From Marsupella aquatica (taxonomy: Eukaryota; Plantae; Marchantiophyta), in NCBI GenBank assembly GCA_973895155.1, contig OZ316897.1:10563832-10627831 (forward strand): a DNA stretch of 64,000 nt, written 5' to 3'. Below, piece by piece: positions 37,092 through 48,165 of the stretch. The translations under genes were made by a program, and so were the position numbers. The notes beneath the pieces are model-generated. The model searched no databases, was not told the origin of the DNA, and was given only the letters and a program-made list of their open reading frames with translations. Numbering within the stretch: the first letter of the stretch is position 1; each line of letters starts with the position of its first letter.

Positions 37092-37842
37092 AACCAATAG
37101 TCTCTACATTTTGATGTTATTTTCATGCACTTACTATTAGAGACCTTTTGTTAAATTAGAAGCGGCATATCCTCTTTGACAATTATTTTCAACTTGTAAT
37201 TGGTAAAGAGATTTTGGAGTGACATTACATTGCATATCCCGTTGAGTACATATATTTTTCATTGGGGGCATGGCGTCCCCTTTTGGAGAATGTGTATTTT
37301 CGTAAGAATACTCCATCCTCCAATCAGCCATAGGTTTTGGAAGCATATTTTCGGGCTCACAATCATATTTTTGGACACACAAAATGGCACCGTAACAAAA
37401 TTGGGATTCTAATGATTGAAAGAGTGGGAATGTTGTTTTGTACAGACGTTTACAGGTATGTTAGCGCCTTAGGTTATGTACACCGGTCACGGGCATAATT
37501 ACAAAGTAAACTCACAAAAATTTGCCTACATGAGAAGGGTTGTGAAAGTAACAGAGCTTTGAGACCAATTTGATGGTCGTAATGTGGACTCCAACAATTT
37601 GTCAATTTTTGCAATTGGTGACAAGTATGGGGAAAATAGACGTGATGAGAGACGGTAGCACAGTGGACTCAGGTACTGATCCTTCTCTGAAATCATTTCC
37701 AAAAGGAGATCATGTACCACAATGAGTTCAACAAAGTCAACATCGCAATGGTTTTAGCCGCCCAAGTTGAGAATGATTTTGTAGAAGGATGTATACCTAA
37801 GTCCACTCACTTTTCTTGTCTTTCATAATTTTTTCCGCTATT

Positions 37843-38645
37843 GCTGCTATGGCCAATGACATTCATGCACATGCGAACCGAGGCCAACGCCTACTCCTTT
37901 GCCCACCGCAAAAATGGGCCCTCATTACAACTTGAAGTTGAACGGAGTTTATTTGAGTACAAGAGAAGTTCTGAAAGCAAATGCACTCTCAGGTCAAATT
38001 TTCAGGTCCTTCGAGCAGAAAATTACTGAGTATGTCATCGATCCGTTGGTTTTACAACTTCTCTCATACTCAAATAAACTCTGTTCAACTTCAAGTAGCG
38101 CAGCTGCTACGGCCAATGACATTCATGCGCATGCAAACCGAGGCCAACGCTTACTCCTTTGCCCACCCCAAAAATGGGCACTCATTACAACTTGAAGTTG
38201 AACAGAGTTTATTTCATTATGAGAAGGTTTATGGAAGCAATGGCACTCTCAAGTCAAATTTTCAGTTCATTCGACCAGAAAATTACTGAGTATGTCGTCG
38301 ATCCAATGCTTTCACAAATTGTCTCATAGTCAAATAAACTCTGCTCAACTTCAAGTAGCGCAGCTGCTACGGCCAATGACATTCATTTGCATGGGAACCG
38401 AGGCCAACGCCTCTACATTTGCCTACCCCCAAAATGGGCCCTGATTTCAACTTGAAGTTGAATAGAGTTTTTTTTCATTATGAGAAGGTTTATTCAAGCA
38501 ACGGCACTCTCAGGTCAAATTTTCAGGTCCTCCCGACTTTATTATTATTGAATATGTCGGTGCTCCGTTGCGCGAATAAATCTTTTGATAGTGAAATGAA
38601 CTGACCAATTACTGGAGTACGGCTGCTACGGCCTATGGCATTAAT
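37843..38645. repeat. 260-bp tandem array (3 units plus a partial) inside the hAT; related copies at ~39895-40370
   Basis: GCTGCTA(T/C)GGCCAATGACATTCAT starts at 37843, 38103, 38363 and (partial) 38622. Confidence 0.9.
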
Positions 38646-38661
38646 TTGCACAATTTCATGT

Positions 38662-38926
38662 TTATATCCTCTCCTTTCCGAATTCCAATTCGAGCTTGGA
38701 CATCCTCTCGTCAGCTGGTCTCCCCCATTTCAGCTGCTCTTCACGTGAACCGAGATGGCAGCCTCTGGAATCCTCAAACCTATTTCATTTCAATGCATCA
38801 TTCATAGTGTTTGAGGAATCCAAAGGCGTTGCCTTTGGTTCGCGTGAAGAGCAGCTGAAAGGGTAGAGACCAGCTGACGAGAGGATGTCCAAGCTCGAAT
38901 TGGAATTCAAAAAGGAGAGGATATAA
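38662..38926. other. Long near-perfect hairpin (~120-bp arms, ~20-nt loop); candidate hpRNA or pre-miRNA
   Basis: TTATATCCTCTCCTTT..GAATTCCAATTCGAGCTTGGACATCCTCTCGTCAGCTGGTCTC..TTTCAGCTGCTCTTCACG is mirrored at ~38804-38926. Confidence 0.9.
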
Positions 38927-40724
38927 TTGGGTGAACTTGACAAGCTTCTCGACCAATACTGACAGTGTATGATTGCATTCCATGGATAATTACATGATCA
39001 TGTAGTGTAGTCCCTAAACTTGCAATTGGTGACAAGTGTGGGGAAAATAGATGTCATGAGAGTCAATAGCACTGTGGACTCAGGTACTGATCCTTCTCTG
39101 AAATCATTTTTGAAAGTGATTATTCGCAATGGTTTCGACAATAAGTTGAGAATGATTTTGTAGAAGGATGGGTACCTAAGTCCGATGTGTTCCCGTCTTT
39201 CATCATAATTTCCGCTATTGCTGTCTGTACATAGTCAGCATATTGTGGGTCTATAATCCTCATACCTATTAATAATCATTCGAATAGTCAAATGGTTGTA
39301 CTCTACGAAAGGAAGTACTTGTCTGTGTTATTCAATCTTGGGGCTCTGTTGCTTTCACATATATTTTCATAGTGACAAAGTTAGATGTTTTTAGCGACTT
39401 GAAATTGGTGACTCTATTTTGCGTCTGCATATCAATTCGGTGACCGATCTTGCGGAATTCCTCTGACCCTGTCTGATCATCATCATGACATTGCTCTCCT
39501 TGGCCACCAATTGCTCGTACAATGAATTAATGTCATAGTAGCCGTACTCCATTAATTGGTTTCACGACCAGGTACTGAAAACAATTGCTAACATTTTTTC
39601 CAATTCTACTCACGCCTAGTTTATACCGTATAGACTACAGCGTACCATGGATAAGTGTACCATGGAGAAGTGCAGACGAAGTGAGAAAGGCTGTTCCTGC
39701 CTTGAGTATATCCATGTCTGAAAAAGAACAAACCTAAGGAAATATTTAATTAAGTTTTTTGGGAGCATTGCGTAAGATATAAACGGGTGAGCTTGAGAAG
39801 TTTCTCGACCATTAGTGAGTGTGTAACTGCAGGGTGATCATGTAGTCCCTCGGTAATATGGAAAATTCATTTGTAACACCATGTTGCACAGGACTTGCCA
39901 ACTCCTTCACCCATCCCCAAAATGGGCCCTCATTACAACTTCAAGTTGAACGGGGTTTATTTGATTATGAGAAGGTCTTTCAAAGTACCTGCATTCTCAG
40001 TTCAAATTTTCTGGTCATCCCGACCAGAAAATTACTGATTATGTGGCCGATGTGTTCATTTCACAACTTCTCTCGTACTCAAATAAACTCTGCCCAACTT
40101 CAAGTAGTGCAGCTGCTACAGTCAACGACATTCACCCACCCCAAAAATGGGCCCTCATTACAACTTGAAGTTCAACTAAGTTTATTTTATTATGATAAGG
40201 TTTATTCAAGCAATGACATTCTCAGGTCCAATAATCAGGTCCTCTCGACCTAATTATTATTGAATATGACGTTGCTCTATTGTTGGACTAAATCTTCGCA
40301 TAGTGAAATGAACTGACCAATTAATGGAGGGGGGTTGGTAGGGACTACGGCTGCTATGGCCAACGACAAGGTATCCCTAAACTTATTGTGTCTCTATGAC
40401 ATTCTCAAATGCAAATAGAAATAAATTATTCAATCATTGTACAATAATAAAAGGTACAACACACTGCAAGACAATACAATCATGTTACAAAAAATATAAT
40501 TGTTTATAATTTTGTCTATGTCAGTTACGACAATATAAGAGTAGCAACACTTGATATTATCCTAATGGAAAGATGCTTCAAGGCTGTGAAGAGAAATTTT
40601 GTGCATTGTTGTCACGATTGTTGCGCAAAAGCGCATTCCACTCGTCTTGTTTGTTGCCCCAACTGAGTGGATCACGATTGTGTGACTGAACATTGTGCGA
40701 CGTTTCTTGAAATGATGATATTCC

Positions 40725-43700
40725 TCAAAACCCACCAAGGCGAATAGGCCTGTTCGACGTATATGGATTCATGACACTTGGCCCTGCATATGCATTCAAG
40801 GGTGGACCTGCATGATGTTGCCAGTTTGCATGTGGGACGTTTGAAGTTTGACCTTCATGATTGTTGTATCCATGAAAAAAGGTTGTTGTCCTTCCATCCG
40901 TCGGATGCCCTGCTGTGCCTATGCGTTGCTCGTCGAAATATGGTCTGCTTGTGTCCACATCATTTGCGAAGTTCGACCAAGGTGACCTTGGTTGGGAAGG
41001 CATCACAAAGTCTGTGTCCAATGATGCATCTTCGTCGTCTTGGATTTGCGATTCATCAATTGTAGGATACATCTCCAAATCCATTTCATTCTCCCATTCC
41101 CCTGCATCAGTGATGTCTGTATCTGGTGGAATACGAGTCAAGAACTCACTATCCTTATCTAGTGAAAATCCATGTAGCAATTCATCAGCATCATCAATTG
41201 TATCATAATCTTCAACATCTTCTTCACCAAGAGCCGCACGTGTTGCATTGTACTCTTCATTGCCGCACAACTCCATGGAGACAGGGCTAGGTCTCGGGGG
41301 GTTGACTATCAAAAATCTTAGGAACCACGTGCGATCCAAAATAGGTATTTTTCATAGAAATTAGCTAAATTTTAAAAAGCGTAGGAAGCAAAAGAAGGTA
41401 TTATAGACCAATATTTATAGAATATTCTTTAATATATACCTTTTATAAAGTAAAATAGGTCATTAAAATTGAAAGTAGAGAATGTTTTTGGAATATTCCC
41501 ATTATAAAATAGGTGTGTTTATATTAGGCTAGGATCGCACGTGGTACCCCAAAATATACACTAAGTTAACCCCCTGAGGGCTAGGTCCATCATTTGTTCT
41601 TCTTCTTTGGTCACAACGTTCATATATAAACGTATGCGGGTTTCAAATATTTGTTAGCCCTTTCTCTACCCTCATGTTTGTAAATACAAACACCAAATCT
41701 TTTGCTCAATCATTTGTCAATCGATATTGGAATGTATAAATCCATACGAACTCCAGTTTCGCTCGCAAGCTAATGCGCACACTTTTTGGTGTAAGATTCT
41801 TCGCGCCAGGATTCTCAAATATTTATAATCTGCACCATATGCATGCCACCACTCTACTGGACTGACGTTACCTATACTTGATTGGGCGGCTCCCATCGCT
41901 ACTGATGTATTGGGAATTTTGTTTTGGGCGTCAATGGCTTGACTGTGGATGGTAGAAATAAGTTCTTTGACGTCGCAATCGTGGTTGATCCCCTCCTTTA
42001 CCTGTTGTTCTGAATATCTAGCAATGTATTCACTGAAACCCCTATAGAGTTCTGGATCTCCAGCAACATCTATGTCCTCATCAAAAAACATTTGGGAATT
42101 GAGATATGTTGTCGCTAGCATAAAATCAGTGGTAAGAGTTTTTTTTAATCCAAATACATTTTTAGTATCTTTGGTTTCAATACCTCTGTTACCAATGGAC
42201 AATCCTCCATGCTTGCTTTCAAAACATCAATCCCTCTTTTCAAACTCCAATACAACCAACCTGATTGCGGAGAATCACCATCAAATTCTCGCAACATCCT
42301 CACCAATGGAGTAAAGAATTTAACTGTATCCTTCACTTCAACCCAAAATGTATCTTGTTGTATCCAAATTTTAAGTTCGTCTGCCTTTCCCCTCGTCATA
42401 TGTCCAGCTGATTTTGGTCGCAATGGAAGTCTATCACGATAAGACTGCCAATTATCATCAATGGCCATCTGTTGTAAAGCTCCTCTTAGCTCCAACGCTC
42501 TTTGTGCAATTAGGAAATTGGTCGCAAATCTAGTTGCATTTGGATTCAACAGTTTTTTGTCAAGAGATTTTCTTGCAAATATTGCAGAAAGCTTTTGCAA
42601 TGATGAAACTGCTTTTACTATCCACCTCAAGCGCTTAAAAATCTTTTGGAATGGATTCTGTCCAGCATCATCTAGCACTACACGCTTGTGACCACACATA
42701 TCCTCTAGCAGCAAATTAAACACGTGGGCAGCACACCAGCTCCAAGTGACATGAGGATACTTTTTTATGACTACCTCATAACATGCTACGCGATTTGCGG
42801 GTGCTCCATCAGTTACGATTTGAATAATATGATCTGCACCAATATCCTCAATGTATTTCAACCACATCTTGCCAAGATATTTCCCATCTTTCTTGTCAGC
42901 TTGCGCAGCATTCCAACTATCCAAGAAGAAGTCACCTTTAGAAGTCAACAACATGACATTCATCAAAGGTTCTCTTCGGACATTTTCCCATCCATCCAAA
43001 GAAAGAGAATACCCATAAGGTTTTGCCTCCTTTAAAGTTTGCGTCATGTCCTTTGTGAGATCCTCCTTACTGTCTTCCAATAATTTCAATCGCAAACTTC
43101 GCATCGTAGGTAGAGAGTAACCATTGACAATCCCTTTTGAAGTCTCTTTGACTGCTTCTCAAAAAAAGGGATTATTTAAAACATTGAATGGAATACCACT
43201 GGTGTAGAAAGCTTTTGCCCAAAGCTTATCCAAATTTGTTCTATTTGGAATTTGATAGATATCCATAATTGGGTTAGGAAGATTTACTGGCCTATCTCCT
43301 TCCCTGACATGTGTATCATCCATGTCAACATAGTTTGACCCTCGTGTGGATGCTTGCGAATATGAACTTCCAACACTTGGCCTACGGCCTCTCACATCCC
43401 GCAAGATATGAGTTCCATCCCTTTGTTTGTACTTTAAGGTTAGTGGAACCTTTATCACATTGTACATTATGTTGATGGCATCCAAATCGACGACACCATA
43501 GAGTTGCATGCAAGGGGGCGCATCCCCTTTTTGGATGTTTCCCATCAAATGCGCCTTTGCTCGTGTTGCATGATGAGTAACATATGTTAAACAATACTTG
43601 CATCTTTGATAGATACGATTGACATCATGACATGTTGAAGGCGCATCACATCGTTCAAAATATCTCCACATTGGAGATTGTTTTGAAGGGTGTTCTTGCA

Positions 43701-43785
43701 CACGAGTTGGACCAGGCCTGGGAGTAGTGGAATGATATCGAGTTTCATGCAAATCCTCTTCATCGGACATTGTTACGACTCTCAA
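40725..43785 (-). pseudogene. hAT transposase (BED finger, DUF659/RNase-H-like DDE core, dimerisation domain, acidic tail), inactivated
   Basis: SPMWRYF..CKYC..RAKAHL; LSLDGW, IVTDGA, CAAH, ATRFAT; PVEWW..G..L..LA.RIL..ACERNWS; DLVFVFTNMR. Frameshifts at ~43160, ~42145 and ~41715, one stop, and a nested MITE. Confidence 0.93.
41294..41577. mobile_element. MITE nested in the transposase coding sequence
   Basis: TIR TCGGGGGGTTGACT / AGTTAACCCCCTGA; 10-bp TSD GGGCTAGGTC (41284-41293, 41578-41587). Removing it restores the frame ...QRRRTNDGPSPVSMELC. Confidence 0.88.
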
Positions 43786-44334
43786 TGGTAAAAAAAATAA
43801 AAGGGTTGATTCTTTTGATTTTGTGGATATAACAAATATAGTACAATGGGTTACTTTGCTGAATTATCGCAGACTGGGCCTAAGCTCAAAGCATGCGCAG
43901 GAAAGTTTCCCAAATTCTTATATTTGTCAGCATCCCTACTTCAACCTATGTTATGTAATATCTATAACTTCACAATCGTTTATATTTCAAGTGAACATAT
44001 GTATGAGAAATCGTGATACCCATATGAAATATCATAGACCGAGCCAAAGCTCTAAGCATATGCACATGGGTATCTCTTTACTTGCAAGTAGTTCACTTTC
44101 AAACAAAACAATGATGCAAAGTTGTTAAGGCGATATAAGGAACTTCTCGTACGAATTATCGCAGACCAAGCCGAGCTCAAAGCATGCTCGTACAAGAGTT
44201 CCAATGTATCCCTCCGATTTCTCCCTAATGCTAAACCACAAGAGAGAGAAACACAATGAGATTTTGGATTAGTGAAAAGGATTAGTGACTCCTACTTATA
44301 CTAAACTATCTACTTCCTACCTCCTAAAGCTCTT

Positions 44335-44850
44335 AATCTTCTAACCCTAATCACGCCTCCCCTAACCCTAATCTCGCCCCCTAACCCTAATCCTGCCCCT
44401 AACTCTTCCTCGGCCGCCAATTCCCGAGCCCCGTCCCCGAACCCTGCACCCCGTTCCCCAAACCCCCTACCCGAACCCCCTTCCCCGAACCCCCTACCCC
44501 GTTCCCCGTTCCCCGCATCCCCGAACCCCTTCAACCCGTACCCCCTTCCCCGAACCCCGCCCCCCCCTTCCCCAAATCCCACCCCCGGCCTCCCCTTCCC
44601 CGCCCCCCGTCCCGCTTCCCCGAATCCCGTCCCCCGGGCCCCCTTACCCCGACCGGCCCCTTTTCCCCGGCTACCGGGAAGGGTCCGGGCAGGGTCCGGG
44701 GAGGGTTCGGGGGGGAGGGTCCAGGGAGCGGGGGCTAGGGTCCGGGAAGGGCCCGGGAGTCCGGGTTCGGGTCAGGGGGAGTTCGGGTTCGGGTCCGGTG
44801 TGTTTGGGAGGAGTTCGCGAAAGGTCCGGGGAAGTCGGGGTTCATTCGGG
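44335..44850. repeat. Right-arm subterminal array: CCCTAA telomere-like units, then a C-rich CCCGAA tract, then a G-rich GGGTTC/GGGTCC tract
   Basis: CTAACCCTAA x3 at 44341-44400; CCCCGAACCC repeats to ~44670; strand switch to G-rich 44680-44850. Confidence 0.9.
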
Positions 44851-47499
44851 AGAATCTTCATGAATATCCGTCAAATTGAGTATTTTCGGGCCATCATTTG
44901 ACGATTTGATGTGCCCGGCAAGGCGTCAAGGTGCCCGTCAAGTTAAACCGGGCTCCCACTGGTGACAGGTAGAAAATGTACTCCTTACCCATCAGTGCTA
45001 TACTCTCATATGTATAGGTTGTGGTGAGATGATGATGAAAATGAGAAACACCAGCTCTGCAAATTCCGTCCCTGGGCACATGTGAGGTCCAGCACCAAAT
45101 GGCAAGAACGTGTATGGCCTAGGGGCGGCGTCGAATCGGTCTGCGTTTACTTAAGACTTTCAGGAGCAGAATGAGACTCAGGATTTGCATGAATGAAATT
45201 GTGCAGCGGGATCACTAACCAACCCTTCGGTATTAGGTGACCTTCATACTCTACATCACGACTAGCCTGCCTTGCGACAACAGGAGCGATTGAAAGAATT
45301 CTCTGTAATTCTTGAAACAACTTTTTAGTATAGATTATTTTGGACGTGTCTTCCCATGACAGTCTGGTTCTCTCTTTCGACTGATCGATGTTTCTAAGAA
45401 TTTTCTGCTGCTCAGCCTGAACACAATCACGATAGACGTCTGGATTCTCGTTCAGATACTTGAGGGCCCATGTAAGAAAAGTGGAGGTACTGTCAATAGC
45501 AGCAAAAAACAGTAAACAATATTATCAGCTATTGTATCGTCATCTAGAATGATGGGTCTCTTCTCCTCGCGCTTGAATACTCTCTTGAGAAGCTAGAAGA
45601 ACTCCCAACATATTGGCTGCCTGAGTACCCTGTTGAGCCCTTCTCCTTATTATGAGTTCCTTGATGTATTGCGACAAAGCCGCCTTTGCCTTCGTGCCTT
45701 TGTTAAAAGTTGTCCCGTGAAGATTCAATGGAAATGAACCCAAAGCCTTGTTCAAACGCTTGAAGTTTTCTTGCGCAGTCCTTCCTTGAGTGGAGCTCCA
45801 TTTATGAAGAGAATAGTGTCGTTGAGGACAAATTTCGCGAACCCCGAAGTCGCTCCCAGTGTCGCAGGCTTGAGACAAGAGTTGAAAACGTTTCCATACC
45901 TGTCGACGTGTGAAAAGCGTTAATGCAGGATTAGTGGCAAAAGCAATTGATTCTCCTATAATAGGCCAACCGAACGACGCTTGGGGAAGTTGAGCACCAG
46001 GCTTCGATGATGCAGACCAGCTCGGACTCCAATGTTGGAACAAAAGCAGAAGTACTGCACCCAAGACTGAGGGCAGAGCTATTGACCAAGCTAACACTGG
46101 ATCCATCAATCACGTACGTCGGTACAGTAATATATCTACAGGACAACCCAGTCGAGACTGACACAATAGTTCGATCCCAGCACACACGCAAAATATGCTT
46201 ACGGAGAAGGGTCAGTCCGTGTGAAGCCTGCCAAGTGCCAACGGAGGTGAACAAAGTAGCCCCGACAGTAGCTCCAAGCGAAGTCTTCGAAGACCTGTAC
46301 TAGGCTCTAAGAGAGCACTCGTGTCAGCAGCAGTAGCTAGCGCGTGAGCATGAGAGAATTCTTGAGAGCCAGTATTAATAGTGATACCCCTTTTTGTTTT
46401 CAAAACGCTTCGTCCACGACAAGATTTAAAAGTAATCATGATCTCTCGCCTTTCTGTTTCCAAATTAAGCTGCGTCCAGCACAAGATTGGACAGTTGGTG
46501 GGCCAAGGCAACGACGATGGTGACTCAATTAAACACGTGCATACCGAGGTCAATGTATGACGGGCCAACCACAAAGTGAAGTTGAATTCTAATAAGTCAC
46601 CACCAGTTCTTCGTATGACTACTTAGAATCGTTCTGAACACAGGTAGAAGAGCAGAAATTCAATGAGAATATTCGAGTATATAAGTGCAGTGAAATAGAG
46701 TGCCTCACAGAAGACAGACTCTGCCAAGAATGATCACCCCGACCACGCTAGGATTTAGTGTCCCTAAATGCTCCGTAGAGCATGAAGACGATCCCGAGAA
46801 GTCGAGTTCAAATGGGTAACTTCGAAGAGTCGACACTGTGAAATTTCACTGAGGATAACTTCAGGCGTGTACAGCTTTGTCTATACACCGGTAGATCTAA
46901 ATTTTGTCAATATAGACCCATGTCCCAAGTTTTCGTGTGTTTCAAATCATGATGTCTCATGAATATAAAATCCACTGAGCATAACGTCAAAAGCGTACAT
47001 GCGTTGCATACACCGATACATCCGACTCCTTTCAATATAGACACTTCAAATCGAATCACCTGAATATAGTACGTTTGGGATAAGTTTTTAGTTTATATAC
47101 AATAAAGTCCTTTTTACATGTTTTCAGGGCATTGTGGGCACAATGCCCCATTGGAAACAGGGTTGAAACCGCGACTGTTCCCGAGTCTTAGTGAACAGCA
47201 GCAATTAAAGCAAAAAAATTAATTTAATTTTTACTGCTCTGGAAATCCCTTGTAGGATCCCTTGATTTATACTCGGATGAAGGCATGCAATTGGTGGCAC
47301 TAAACTATCCAGCATAAAACTGACTATCAGTAATTCAGTATGTAACTACTGTAGTGTCTTAACCGCACAGCTACAGTAGCATGTAGCTTAAATTTGTACA
47401 TAGCTCTAAACTGGGTGTAAAGACTCCCCTGCCTCTGCTACAGTCCTCCCCACATGAAGCCATGGTGCTGTATTTGAATAGTGGGCCATGGAGCACTGT

Positions 47500-47830
47500 A
47501 TCTGAATAGTGCACCCGGGGTGGGGGTGTACTTAAGTTTTGACTATTATTTGTTTTCATTTTTTTGTACTTGCAAAGCGTTGTGTTTGATAATATATGGG
47601 GGCTGTGTTCAAATGTTGCCTTTGTGTTTGAATCTTGGTGCCTGGGTGTATTTGATAATATATGGGCGCTTTGTTCAAATGTTGCCTTTGTGTTTGAAGA
47701 TTGGTGCCTGGGGTGTATTTGACTTTTGACTTTTGACTATTATTTGTTTTCCTTTTCTTGTACTTGCAAAGCGTTGTCTTTGATAATGTATGGGCGCTGT
47801 GTTCAAATGTTGCCTTTGTGTTTGAATATT
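47500..47830. repeat. Degenerate tandem repeats (~60-bp units)
   Basis: TTGATAAT.TATGGG.GCT.TGTTCAAATGTTGCCTTTGTGTTTGAA x3. Confidence 0.8.
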
Positions 47831-48165
47831 GGTGTTGTAATATCATTCATGAATTTAATTTGTACCATTTGTGTTCAAACAGTTTAAGGGCAAAACTCAA
47901 ACACGTCATCCAACTCAAACACAATGGCCCGGACATTCTGTTAAATAGACATTGTATTCCAGTAAAACTGTTATTTTGTAAGAGTACCCAAAATTTCACA
48001 TTTTTTAAAACAACCCCTTTGCGCTGTGTTTAAGGGAAGATGGTATAGAGGCTCCCTCTAGCTATCTTGCAACACATTTAATCAATCATACTGAACAATA
48101 GCAAAGCATGAAAGAAACGAGAAAATAAATGTATCATTGTTGGTCCGGGAGTCCCTTTTATGTAT

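Larger units (their letters stand above)
34706..44952 (-). mobile_element. hAT-superfamily DNA transposon, 10,247 bp
   Basis: 8-bp TSD CTCCCACT (34698-34705 and 44953-44960); termini CCCGGTTTGAC / GTTAAACCGGG; hAT transposase inside; the empty site can be reconstructed from the paralogous P450. Confidence 0.95.
34666..46109 (-). pseudogene. Pseudogenised copy of the CYP85-clan P450 (body 46109-44953, last codons 34705-34666), split by the hAT insertion
   Basis: Closely similar to 50225-51676, with frameshifts and a ~260-bp internal deletion near 45790. The C-terminal codons and stop resume beyond the TSD at 34697-34666. Confidence 0.93.

Noticed and set aside
37841-40253. Repeated short ORFs (…HPKNGPSLQLEVE…)
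   Set aside because: By-products of the 260-bp non-triplet tandem repeat; the frame shifts between units.
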